This document shows, piece after piece, positions 14,321 through 27,979 of a stretch of DNA of 64,000 nucleotides (the stretch's first letter is position 1; each line of letters begins with the position of its first letter). The position numbers and the translations under genes are program-made. The stretch lies in the NCBI GenBank assembly GCA_051294375.1, contig CM119267.1, forward strand, positions 18,943,439 to 19,007,438. Direction: 5' to 3'. The stretch comes from Paraspadella gotoi. Lineage: Eukaryota > Animalia > Chaetognatha. Below the pieces are notes generated by a model, which was not told where the DNA came from, did not search any database, and saw only the letters and a list, made by a program, of their open reading frames with translations.

Positions 14321-15140
14321 TAGGTAAGTCCGTTGACATCTCACAGCGGCACGGAGTTCCTTCATGATTCTGGTCGGTGAGGATCCAACAAAGAATCCGC
14401 CTTGACGGGAGGCACCCAAGGCTGACCCTGACGGAGATTGCAGGATTGCTCCGTTGCCTGTGTTTCGGTATTTAAAAGTGCTGTGCGCGTTACTCTAAAT
14501 CCTAATTAACTGCGTCATGAAATATTAATTAGTAGTTAACCGCGATAAGAATTGACTTGATAGCCCATTGATTTTTGGCTATAATAAAATTTGCTAAATT
14601 ACTTGTTTCACTATTTTAATATTTTTTTTACTTTTCAGATGATATAACAAAAATTTTAGTATTCAATTTATATGATTTAATTATACCTTTATTTAAAATT
14701 TTCCAAATCATTTTTATATCCTCAAGTTATTTTGAAGCGGGAGGTTAATTGATATATCAATTAATTATAAATTCAATTAATTAATTAATTAATTAATTAA
14801 TTAATGATATATTCAATATTAATTAATTAAATTAAGTCAAATTAATTAAAAAAATGAGAAACTGACATAAAAACCATGAAAGGCGACTTATGATGACGAC
14901 GATAACGACGAATAACGGAATGAAGGAAATTTCGAAGCGAATTCTTCTTCCGTTGAATACTCGAACGGATCTTGATCAACGGCTCGTAATTGTAGTTTAA
15001 GCGTTATGAAAAAAAGTCGCTAACAATATCTGAGTAACAGTCCTGAGAGAATTTTGCCTAAAGTAACAAAAATATGGAATTAAAATGTCGGAGTCACAAC
15101 CTGAAGCCATCTTGTTTCATCTGCGAAGGTTTCGACGAAT
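14321..15140 (+). CDS. Putative HMG-box protein exons (two box-like segments), frameshifted
   Basis: After acceptor tttatttgcacag (14320), and allowing single-base indels, the sequence reads SSFMI/WS..QQRI..xHPRLTLTEIAGLL, matching HMG-box F-M-x-W...HP-x-L...EI-x-x-L. About 15010-15110 reads KKSR..YLSNSPE..AKVTKIWN(K)MSESQ.KP, matching the W-x-x-M/L-S-x-x-x-K-x-P helix. Flanking exon-like islands at 13500-13645, 13930-14110 and 15690-15885 may belong to the same gene. Confidence 0.42.
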
Positions 15141-17072
15141 TGGGAGTTTCAAATGAGAACGTTGTTCGTCATGATGAGATTTTCGGGATAAATTTATGGT
15201 TTATCAGGATTTACCAAAAAAAAAAGCTTTGTTATGAAATTTTATAGTATATAGTAACTTTTTTAGGCGACGGAATCGGAAGAAAATTACGTATATTTAT
15301 CGTCGTCTTGCCTTTGTTGTTGTAATCCACAAAGTCGATTTCTAAATAAAAAGTATTTTGTCAGAATGTTGTCGGATTTTCTAGAACGATTTAAAATTGT
15401 GAAAAATTTAAGTCGCTTGCGCCTTGAAGCTATTTCTTAATATTTCTTCAAAATATTCATCTGAATGTCTTCAACATCCCATCACCAAACTTCGTTTCGC
15501 TTTAATTCGAATAAAAAAAAATTCAAACTGTTTTTGATCCTTGAAATTGCGACCACAATCAAGATTGTCGCGCCTTCCTACTAATTAGTTTTTTTTTCTT
15601 GCTCTAAAATCAAAGTGGAATGATAGGATACGAAAAAATATATGATTTTGCATTTTTGGCGAAAAACTTCAAACTTAAAAAAAAAACCAATCTTTTTCCG
15701 AGAAAAGAGTACGTTCGAATCGGAAAATCGTTAAGCCGGAGATTTTCAAAATGCGTCCGTCGTCGTGAGAGACCGCTGGCGTTCGTATTTCGAGATGCAA
15801 CAGTGGCGAAACCACGGCTGAGCGCACGTACCCCGGTCAAGCATTTCTCGGCACCGAATCTCCGTGACGAATCGAGACGACGCGTTTTTATTAATTATAT
15901 TTTTGTTGTTGTCTGCAAGCTTATTTTTTGTTTTTTTGTTGTTTTTTGTTTTCATGCGGATTTAGCAACGAGATTCGTTTTTAAGTATTTGTAGCTGAAG
16001 TCGTTCCTTTTCTCTTTTTATCTTTCAATCTGGAATGCCGCTCGCTGTTTTTAGTCGTTTGTTTTTTTCTTCTCACGTCTCCCTCTCTCTCTCTCACTCT
16101 CTCGTCCTCAGTCTCTCTCCATCTCTCTCTCTCCTCTCTCTCATCCATTCTCCTCTCTTTCTCGGCTAAATTATATGTTGTTTCTGCATTCATTTCCATC
16201 TTTTCGCAATGTCAAAAACTACGTTTTCGCGTATCAAATATTCGTATGTTAATCATTCAATTAGCCTAATTGTAACATAAAATTTACTTATGCAAAATAC
16301 CAAATTTAATACGTAAATTATGCGAACGACATAAACAGTTCTTATCTAATGAGATTCTTCAAGTACTTGAAAAGATTCGGCCGCACATTTAAAACGCGCG
16401 GGCGTGGTGATAAACTTCAACGCTATAACGTGCTTCTCTCTCCATCGTTCGCCTCCGCCATTTCATTTTTTTTCCTATATTCTTATTTCTTTTTTTTTTA
16501 TTTTAGATTCGAAAAAACTTAATGGCCATATTTTCCCATTGAGAGGGTGGTATCGATAAATTTTGCCAAATTCATGCTTCGCCTCTAGCCTGCTGTCTTT
16601 TTCAGTGGTTTTCTCTCTCTCTCTCTCCTCTCTCTCCTCTCTCTCTCTCGTCTCTCTCTCCTCTTTCTCTTCTCGCACATTTCCTTTATTTCCTTTCCTC
16701 TCCTTTACCAGTTTTTTTTTTTTTTCAGTTTCAAGTCTTGACGAGCTCGATCAATTTATCATCTCCTCTCTTCTCCGTTTTTCCTGTTTTTATGTTTTTG
16801 CAAGGGAGCGCCCTTCGGAGCGTTAAGCACTTTTAATCGGCGACCGTTTAATAGCGCCACCGATTTTTACGGCATGTATGTTCTATTTCGTTTACCGAAG
16901 GGACGCTGGTGGTCCGAACCGTCTTGAATATGGCGGGTTTCGGCGCCGATTGGGGGTAAGGGGGAGTTGGGGGGGGGAAGGGGTTAGTGAACTGAATGTT
17001 GAAAATTGGTGGAGGAACGGATAGAAGAGATGGAGGAAAAGAGAAGTGATAGGCAAAATTGAAAAAAATTAC

Positions 17073-17820
<748 letters not shown>

Positions 17821-18094
17821 CTTGCGGAATAGAATTCAACAAAAACAAAACAATGAAAAAGACGAACGACGACGACGACGACGGAAACGAACGACGACGA
17901 CGTTTTGATTCCTGTCGCTTCGCGTATCTCTTCTTCATCCATCAACCTCTCTATCTTTCTCTCTCTCTCTTCTCTCATCTCTTCTCTCCTTCTTCTCTCT
18001 CTCTGCTCTCTCTCTCTTCTCGCTCTCCTCTCTCTCTCTCTCCATCTTTATCAATATTAAATTATATATATAAATTATATATATTATATCCTTG

Positions 18095-18540
18095 TAAGAG
18101 TGATGGAGGCCTTAAACCACCAAAAGCCTGACCAAAGTCAGGGGCAAGAAGCTTATTTATTAAATGAATGGATAATTTTTTACTATTGGTTGTAACAATT
18201 TCATAAAATTCAGCTCCTTGTAAATTTGATGCTTAGTGCGGAGTACAATAAGTATCCCCGATCTAAAATACTTAAGGGAGTGGTCTTCATACAATGATAA
18301 GCATTCCTTGAAATATTATACCACTTCATTGATTAGGGAAGCCAGGTACTCTGGGAGTTGAATGAATGAGACTGTCAAGCGTCTTGATTGAAAGCTTGAA
18401 GGGACCGTGCTATGTCATCTATCTGGTAAGAGTGATGGAGTTAACCACCAAAGCCTGTCCAAAGTCAGGGCAAGATAGCTTAATTTATATAAAGAATGGA
18501 TAATTTTTTATATTGGTTGTACAATTCATAATTCGAATTT
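18095..18540 (+). repeat. Local direct repeat of ~115 bp with ~330 bp spacing
   Basis: gtaagagtgatggag..aaccaccaaa(a)gcctg.ccaaagtcagg(g)gcaaga..aatggataatttttt..attggttgta occurs at ~18095 and ~18426 (and at 76 in copy A). Confidence 0.8.
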
Positions 18541-19272
18541 TTATTGAACAATCATCAAGAGGATGTCATCTTCTTTTGTTCGTAATATCCTGGCCGCTAT
18601 ATGATTTAAGATGAACTGTCCAACACGTCAGGATCAAATCCAGGATTGAGGATGAAAATTCTGATCACGGGTCAAACCTCGGGATGAGGATCAAGATGAT
18701 GAGAATGAGGATCAACACAGAAGTTGCCTTCTTCAGAGTGAGAAAGAAATGATGGATCGGTCCTGTATGACATCCAAGGGGATAACTCGCCGTGTTTGTC
18801 TCGCACTCTCATCTCTCTCTCTCTCTCTCTCGTCTCTCTCTCTCTCTCCTCTCTCTCTCTTCTCTCTCTTCCTCTCTCTCCTGTTCCTCTCTCCTCTCTC
18901 CTCTCATCCTCTCTCATCTCTCTCTCATCTCTTCTCTGTGAGGAGAAGAGCGAGCAATAAAGAGATAGAGAGAAAAGAGGAGTCCCTTCCCTTTCTTTGC
19001 GTTAATTTCTCTCAATTTTTTCGAGTATTTTCTTTTTTTTGCTTCAAGTTCAATCTCAAACTCCTATAATCAACTCAAGAGTCACTCACATTCGCACAAA
19101 ACAAGAAATAAAAATCACACCGAGTGAAGAGAGGGCTGAGAAAAAAAACAAACAAAGAAACAGAAAATAAAGAAAGAAAAAGTACTACAACTACATTTAA
19201 TGACACAAGCAAAGAAAAATTGTTGCCATCGAGAAAGAAAAATTTTCCCAGGGTCATAATAATAATAATAAC

Positions 19273-19325
<53 letters not shown>

Positions 19326-21121
19326 GATAATAATAATAATAATAATTAATAATAATAATAATAATTTGTCTCAAGGTTCCGACTGCGTACTCGCGTAGTA
19401 AAGGCGAACAGCGAGTTTTTTTTTTTTTTCATTTTAACTTTCTCTCTCGTCTCTCTCTCTCTCTTCTCTCTCCTCTCTCCTCTCTCTCTCTCTCTCTCTC
19501 TTCTCTCTCCTCTCTCTCTCTCTCTTAATCCACAATCATTTTTCCGAGTTTTTTTTTTCTATTTTCTTTCCTAATTCTTTTTCCAGTTTCTGTACGCATT
19601 TCTGCTTTACACATGACCTTCCTTAAATTAACCATACCATATCTCAACCGTACCACAATGCTCCACGGCACTATTTCAACAAGCGCAGTACTGGTTCTGC
19701 TCATAAACCTACGCCCCTTCTTACTTTAAATCAGCCATAACGTCCCTTCATTTCTTTATTAAAAAACCCTTCGCAGCTACTTCTCTTACCTTTCCTCCTG
19801 CCCTTACCTCACGTTTCCGCTGCTTCCTCTCCACTTTCTCCTAGCTTCTCCACTTTCCGCTGCCTCCGTATATACCAACTCGTGCCTACCCTCTCCCCCC
19901 TCTTAAGTCCCTTATGACTTCTTCCTCATCTTTCCCTGATTCCCTCCTGCTTTCTTATTGCCTTTCTTCTACTTCCACCTACGCTCCCCTCCTCCGCCAC
20001 AAACTCCCAATCGCTCCTAGAGCTCCACCTGCGCTTCGTCCTACTGCTATCGTCACCCTCCCGCAGATATTTGTCTCCAATTTCGTGGTCTTCTTCCCTT
20101 CAAGGTTATGGCGGTACTCAGAGAGCACGCGAGGAGAGAGAGAGTAGAAGTGAGAGAGAGCTGCAACTGAGAAGAAGAGAAAGAAGAGAGAGAGAGAGAA
20201 GAGGATTGCCTCTGATGCAGAGCGTAGACGTGTGAGGCTAACGAAAGGTAGGATACTTGAAGGAAGACAGTCAAGGCGGGGGGAGCTAACAGATGAGAAA
20301 AATTATAGTGGGCAAATACCGCCAAAGGGTTCGGGGGGGGGGAAAAAATGGGTTTTTGGAGCCCGCGAAGAGGCAATGGCGCGGTTACAATGTGGTCGTG
20401 CGGCAGCGGGCGGTGGGGCTGGACGGGGACGGAGACTGAAGAATGGCAGGCGCCCGTCTGAAAGGAGTGTTCCATTTAGCCCATGGGCGATGGCGTTGCT
20501 CCCATGCCCATAGGAGGTTTCTTAGCATCGTAGTATCGTTTCTGTAGATAATTGATTACGTCTAAATGTGGCTTATGTGTATAACGCGTATATCAGAGAA
20601 ATTAACGAGGGGGGATAAAAAAGAATTTATTATTTAAGATCTTGCAAAACGCGAGCAACATAACACCTACTCCTTAGTACATGCAACTGTAGTAACGCGT
20701 AATTAGTTTAAGCAGTCGTATCGGCGTTGGACAGACGGAAACAAATATACATTCGGACGTCGAAACACGTACACGCGCGATTAATCGGAAGTCATTTCTG
20801 ACATGACCTTTTTAGAATATCATTACGTCGAAACGGCGTCGGCCTCGGGACGAAATGGCGGCGGGGGCGGCCGGGAGTCGGGCGCTGCGGCTCGGCTGCG
20901 GGCGGATATGCGGAAAGAGGGGGAGGGCGGCGCCTCGTCAGTGAAAGTTAGGTGAGGATGTGCTCGGCGATCAGAGATTGCAATTGACGGGAGAGGAGAC
21001 AGGTGCTCGGGGCGGAGCAGGCGTCATGTCTAAAAAGGGTCGCATAGTTATGGGAGAGAGAGGAGAGAGGAGAGAAGAGAGAGAGAGAGAAGAGGAGGGG
21101 TGAGGTGTTCAGGAGGAGATT

Positions 21122-21385
21122 AGATAATTAGATAAGTTAGATGCCGAGGAGAAGATAAGTCAGACCCTCAGTAAAAGATAAGTGGTTGCCTGGAAGTCAG
21201 ATCCTCTGGAAAAGATAAGTCAGAGCTTCTAAAAACGATAGTCAGATCCTGGGCACTAGATAAGTCAGGTCTAGGAGAAAAGATAAGTCAGGTCCAGGGG
21301 TAAAGATATATCCGTTGCTGGGTCTTAGATTAGTCAGGAAGTTTGGAAAAGATGGGTCAGTTGCTCGGGTAAAGAGTTACTGGTA
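21122..21385 (+). repeat. 23-bp-period array of AGATAAGTCAG cores with variable ~12 bp spacers (GATA-site cluster)
   Basis: Core starts at 21130, 21153, 21176, 21213, 21236, 21258, 21281, 21304, 21327, 21350 and 21373. Confidence 0.85.
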
Positions 21386-21579
21386 GGGGGGGGTCTCAAG
21401 TAAACGATGGAATTAGCGTTAACGACCAGGCGGGAAAGGGGGCGCGGGGAAGGGGGCCGCGGGGGAGGGGTGGGGTAGAGAGAGGAGAGGGGAAGAGAAT
21501 TACATTCGATGACAACGAAAGAATGAGAAGCTTTTAGAAAGATTGTGGGTGGGCAATTTGTGGAAATTAAGACGAAGAG

Positions 21580-21641
<62 letters not shown>

Positions 21642-21954
21642 GAGAGAGAGAGATGGAGAGAGAGGGGGGAGGAGGAATTGGAAGCTTTCAAGGAAAGAGG
21701 GGAGAGCTTGATGGTTAGGGGTTGGGGAAATGTGGGGGTAGAAAGAAAAATGAAAATGATACGGGTAAGGGTAATTAACAACAAAAGAATAAATTGATTA
21801 GCGATTAAGACAAGTATACGGAGCGGACAATACAATAAGAATAAAAAAGAACTAGAAGGCAATTTTATATAATGATTAAAAAATCTTCACAAAACCAAAA
21901 TCAAAACATATGACAGAAACTTGTTTTTATTTTTTAAATTTCTTTTTTTAATAC

Positions 21955-22286
21955 CGACTTGTTAAAAGCACAATGGGGAACAAACCAGAAAAGCAAGGTA
22001 AAGTACACTGCATCACGTCGGGCTCTCCCACTTATGGCAACAGCGGGTTACCTGTGATGCCCATTGGGATATGGCATCTCACTGTTGGCTTTGGGGGCTT
22101 CCGACCCTCAGTGACGCATCCAGGACGGTCTCGCTTTGCCAACGCAGAGGGAAGTCGTTAGAACAGTGGATGGAACACTCGCCGGGATGGTGTGTTCCCC
22201 TCTGAGCCAATGGATTTGGCTGAACGATGTGGACATTGAAGAGTGTGAATGTATCGCCACAATGCAAGATAAAAAAGTAAAACAAA
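21955..22286 (-). CDS. Putative immunoglobulin-superfamily domain exon
   Basis: Acceptor ttttacag and donor g|gtatta. It reads NVHIVQPNPLAQRG..GECSIHCSNDFPLRWQ (B-strand Cys, C-strand Trp). Further on, gagcccgacgtgatgcagtgtactttaccttgc is a few indels from EPSDAGTY.C (D-x-G-x-Y-x-C), and the exon ends VLLTV. Confidence 0.48.
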
Positions 22287-23734
22287 CTGTAAAACAGAGC
22301 GCAAAAAAAAAAAATTAATGAGAAATTAGTATTAGGTATTAAGGTAGACTAAAAAAAAAGGAAGTAAGAGCAAAAAAAAAAGGAAAGTGGAGAATTTGTA
22401 TCGCGAGCGATAATCGGAGTTGGGGCTTCGTTCGTCTCCGCGGCGGACGATAAATCAGAGGCCAACAATGGAACCGAAGGCCGCGTATCGGAACCGATTC
22501 CAAAGGCTGCGCGTTTGTTGGGAAGGGGCGTTGGTGGGTTGTTGGGGTGGGGGAGTTGAAGAGGGTGATGGGGGTCGGGAAGGAGAGAGGGATTTAATCG
22601 TTGAATGAGAAAGGCCTCGGGTGTGGAGGCGGGGGAGGGGGGAGAGAAGACCCGTTGTACGTTTGTTACTCGATTTGGAAGAATGAAAAGAGGGAAATCC
22701 CCCAGTGGAAGGGTAAACGCCTCTCGTTTGATAAACGCGCCTCTCGATCGCGTGCGCGTGATTCCTTTTTTGCGTTGCGTTTACGGTGTCACGGGAGCAC
22801 GGCTATTGGCGTTCACGCAAGTGGATTTTCGAGCAGATCAACGACTGTATTGTTCGGGTGTTCAGATTGCAGTTCGCGCGCGCATTGATAGGATCATGCG
22901 CTCGTAGGGCGGATATAACCTGCGAGTATAGCACGTCACGGATCACGGATCACCGATCACAGATTCCTCTCATCGCCCTCGGTCGTTTTCATTGGAGAGA
23001 GAAATATCATTTAATTCTCTTTTTCTCCTCTACGCTCTCCCTTGACGCTATGTTCGCGGGGGATGAATGTAAGAGGGGAGAGAAAGGAAGGGGAAAGGGA
23101 AAAGGGGTCCAGCTGCCGGTAAGCGACGAAGGTTAACGAAGGACATTAACGACACGTGACAACGAATGGAATCCGAGAGAGTCCGTAGCGGAGAGCAAAA
23201 AAAAAGGGGATGGCGTTCCGGGAAAGGAACGTGAGACCAGGTGGCGACTGTTGACTGGCGAATGTCGATGGAAAATTGGAAAGACGCCAAGAAAACGACT
23301 CGAGCTTCGGAAGTTCACGCGGGGGTCGTGAGTAGTCACTGTATATAATCGGTTTAAAATGTGGAATTTGCGGCAAATGCGGTACTCTTGCTGCAGCATG
23401 TTTTTTTAGAAAGTACTGAAATCATTTGAATGATTGCGCTGAGAAATTAGCGGCAGCAGAAAAACTAGAAGCAATGCAACCATGGGATTAATACAACGGG
23501 GACCATTCTCAAATTTTTTTTTGGTAAATTTATTAACAATATGTCATTTAATATCCGAAAAAAAAATTACATTCATTAAGTATTTTTCAAGCTTTTGATG
23601 CAACTCAAATCATGGGGCAAACTCTCATGTACATTGTATGCGGAGATAAACTGCCGTCTGTCAGCTTATTCAATGATTTTTCCAATATCTCTGACTTGAT
23701 TTGCATGTCTCTCTCTTTTTCTCCCTCTCTCTTT

Positions 23735-23789
<55 letters not shown>

Positions 23790-26700
23790 GCGCCATTTTT
23801 CCCCATTGTTCCCCAGATCCTAGAATTCTAATTCAATCCAAAGCCTTGAAAAATAGGAGGAGCTTTGATTTCTTAAACTCAAGACTTGTTTTTTTTTGTT
23901 TTTTTGTTTTTTTTTGGTCGAGGTTCATGGTTAAGACGATATATTTACTTTATCTAGAAGGATTAATATTTATAATAGCGATATACTACCATGGGTTTAT
24001 TCTTGTCATTCGTTAATCACATTAAACTATTTCTAATGCTGAAGAAATAATTTTTTTCTATTGAAAAACAATAATCTCGAGTTCACTGACTTCATCTGAA
24101 ATTATTCAAGTTCTTTTTTCCCTTTTAATCCTCTTATCTTTGTATCGTTGCCTCATACTCCATCTACCGGGTTTAAATCACCGATTCTCCTCCGCCCTCT
24201 AACGTCGAGAAAAAAAGATTCCCACGCCGTCAGCGTCGTCTTTCTCGAAGGCGTTTCGGCCCCCATTTCGTGTCTCATCAATTCTCTCTGTCTTTACTGA
24301 TCACCTCGACCAAGTCAATCATTCATTCCTACAAAATTCACTGGAGAATTTTCTTTCCACTCAACCGCGCTTGTGAAATTGCGTTGTGAAATTCGAAAAC
24401 ATTCTCGCGCTTTCAATAAACCACATTTTTCTTTCTCTCCTCCCAGCTCAACCTCAATTACCTTCATTTCCAAACCCTCTCTTCTTCATCCTCTGCTTCC
24501 ATCCTTCCTCCCTTCTCTCCCCACTTTCCCTCCTTTCTTTTACCCCCCCACCCTCTTATCCCTCCCCCCCACTCCGACGCTTCGATCTGGTCTTCCATCA
24601 TCGCCCGTCATTGAGATGCTTAGTCGAGGTTTCTCTCTCTTTCTCTTTTCCGCCCATTATTCACGGGGCGATCACAACGCGTGGCGTAGCGCCAACTCTA
24701 AATCTGCGGCGACGATGCTCGGGGCGTGAGAATAGTATAAGCGATGCTGCTTGGTGCGTGGCGATGGTATAAGGAAATCTGCTTGGTGCGATTGCGGTTT
24801 AAAAGGGTTACTTTTGAAAAAGATTCCAATTATTAGTAGTTTGGTGCGTCGGCAGTGATTGTTTGTTACTTTCTACAACGATCCGAGTCTTGTCGTCAAA
24901 AAATACAATACAAACGTAACAATTAAACAAAGAAACAAACTATGTAGTGGCTTTGTAGTGCTAACAATAAAAACGTAACAAATGATCAATAATCAGGTAA
25001 AACGTGTTTATCTCTCCAATGACAGTATAACTTTAAAACTTTTCTCAAAGAATGGTTGAAAAGAAAGTGAGGTTTAACCACGCCCTCCATAACGGAGTCT
25101 TCTTTCTCCCCGGAGATCGAAATGCCAGAGATCCTTCTCCGCGAACTCACCTTTTTATAACGGGAGTCGANNNNNNNNNNNNNNNNNNNNNNNNNACAAC
25201 ACACAACAAGAGGGAGTATTCCAGTAGGTCTTTTAGGACTAACCAGATATCTTGACACTTTCCTACGGACGAAATTAATTCCATATTCTTGCTCTCATTG
25301 GGTTAGTACGAAGCATCCTACTTCTACGCATTTAAAAATACGTGTTACAGCATCTCCACGCGATACCTCTCCTTTTATCACTTAGAACTTACCGGATATA
25401 GTATAATCCTACCTTTCCTATGAGTTAAAAATAACCCGCGGAAGAAGACATTCCATTTTCTATCAACTTCTTATCACTGTCAACTAATCTCGATAGCTAC
25501 TTCGCTTTAATTGGATAAAGGGTAACGGTAAAAGGTAAGGTATGCTCTTGAGAGCTATGTAGTGGGAGGACAGGGTGAGGTGAGCTTATGAAAGATGGGA
25601 AGTCATAACAAGATCCTTCTATTCACTATGTCTTTTAACTGACGAGACTATAAGAGCTGTGACCGGAGGATAAGAGAACGTTTCGCCGCCAAGCCTACAT
25701 TATCTGATTACATGGTCAATTTGTTTGAGAATTTTTCTTATAATATTTCTCTGGTAATCATAATGACGAATCTAGGCTTTTTGATAGAATATATTTTTCT
25801 GTACTATAAGACATCCTCGTATATTCTCTGGGTCTACTTTATATATTCCTCTTCCATCTTCCTCCCTTACTCTCACGCTGTCACTTATCCATTTTATTTG
25901 CACGCTCATATACCTTTTTATTTTACACGAGGTCACTTCATGCACTTCCTCAACAGTAAATCCAGTGGTTTAATTGTTATTTGTGTAACGATGGGGCTTT
26001 TTTTTTTCTGATATAGTGACATATTACCTTTTCATATCTTGTCTCATCACCGCTTCCTCATATCGCCTCACGCATACATCTCTTGTTTTTTCTTTCCATT
26101 TTCCCCTCTTTCATACCTTACAATATGTATTTTATACGAAATCCATATATGTATATTTACACTCTCACATATTTCAAATTGAGAGGAGTAGTAATTATTG
26201 GCCTGTTTACCATATAATTCTCTACTTTTTTCTATATTTTTGCAAACATCTCCCTCCAAAACTCTCTTCTTTTAATAGTTGTTCTCTATTTCGACTTGTT
26301 CACACACTCGTAGGCCGACACTTTACGAGTGAACATTTTTAAAACTAACCGAGCGAGGCTGACACAAAACAATTATTGCTAAAGTGATGTCAAGAATACG
26401 AAGAGGACAAGTTCGTTCCGTTTACGAATAGCACGTTATCTGATCGTTCCAAAGGATATAGAAACATCGGTAAATGCGGTAGCGCGCACGGCATCTTTTG
26501 TCCTCTTTTCTCGAATTTTGGATTGGTTAGCCCAAATGACAATCGTGAGACTATTAATTAAATTATAATAAATATTCAAGTTACTGGAGCTATAGTCGGA
26601 GGAAGAATCTGTTCTGTCCGGCAAAAATCTGTCGGCGAGTTTCGAGGAGAAATACATAAAAGTCTCTCCTCGTCTCTCGTTGGACACCGCCTTATTCACC

Positions 26701-27979
26701 GAGCGAGTAGTTGTAGGAGTATGTAATGTGTTAATTTTTTTTTTGATTAATTAAATTAACTTAAAAGTGTGTCTATAGCTTAAGTTGTAATGTGGTAACA
26801 TGCATGTTCGTTATAAGTACTAATTAAATGCGAGTGTTCGAATGTGGAAGTATAAATATATACTTCTCATTTATTCAAAATAAATGCAAGTCGAGAGAGA
26901 GAGACGGTCCGAGCGTATACTTAATCATGATACGGAGTCATTTAAATCAACGACGTATTATGCACTAAAACTCAATTGAATTTAATAGAATATAGTATTA
27001 ATTAGAGGATAATTATATTATTATGTGCTTTAAAGTGAAAAGGTGTGAAAAGAGTTCCGTTATATCGATCGGTTTTCGACAGTCAGTATCTTGTCTGGTT
27101 TAATACTGCGCTTTCAGTCCATCACGTTTGCAGTATCCTTAATATTTCTGGGATCTAACCACAGAGAATTCCAATATTACAAGAATCCAGCGTCTACTCC
27201 GATCGTCTATATGCTTCTATCTTGACGTGTGTAACGTTCGTTTTATATCAATGATCTATTACAGGAGAGAGCGCTATACTCTCAAGGTGGCTGATGGGTA
27301 AATGGCATAGAGATAATTGTGACACCTCGAGGCACGCAAAGTAAGCATTAGAGATCGAGAACACAACGCGATTCGTACTCGAATATGTACCGAGAAATAT
27401 AACAGCTCCCCTGGTTGACCTTCGAATCTTTCTTGCATGTCAACACAAGAGAATCACACTCGAGAAGTAGAGAGAGAATAGCAGAGAGCAACACAAATGA
27501 AGAACAAAATGTTTAAATGAAGAGTATAGTACGCGATGTGTATAGACGGCCCTTATATATATTTGTCTCTCTAATATACTATTGGTACTGAAATATGAAG
27601 TGTAGTTTTAGGAAATCGGTGGATGGTAGCTGTATGTAATAACGCTCACAAAATGACTTCCAGCTTATCAGAAATATCGGTCTGAAACGCGACTTGGTTG
27701 CTAGGTGAGACTTTAGCAATAAGGTTTTAATACACTCAAACGCATGAACATTGTATGAGGCTTTAAAGTCTACACCTCACTGTGATCTCGATAAGTGCAC
27801 TGACTTATTGTATAGTATACGGTTCTTTTGCTTCTTAAGTAGCAAATTATTCTCTGCAAATAACAGTTTTGTATTCGATCGAGAGAAAACCAATAAGTCG
27901 ATTTATAAAATAATCCAACCGACCAGTAGATTTCTTTTATTTTTTCTCAGTGTGACATCTCTACTCAGGACTCTTTAAT

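Larger units (their letters stand above)
18352..25170 (+). repeat. Copy B of the large duplication, lacking the foldback element and ending at a 25-N gap
   Basis: Colinear with 1-3475 plus 7035-11050. This copy is shorter and cleaner. Confidence 0.93.

Noticed and set aside
18230-18530. FNIP-repeat-like words on the minus strand (SFNQ.LDSL, LTFGQ)
   Set aside because: There is no regular repeat period, and the plus strand offers an equally plausible reading.
21122-21385. CRISPR array interpretation of the repeat-spacer pattern
   Set aside because: The 11-bp core and 12-bp spacers are far too short, the spacers are partly similar to each other, no cas genes are present, and the context is eukaryotic.
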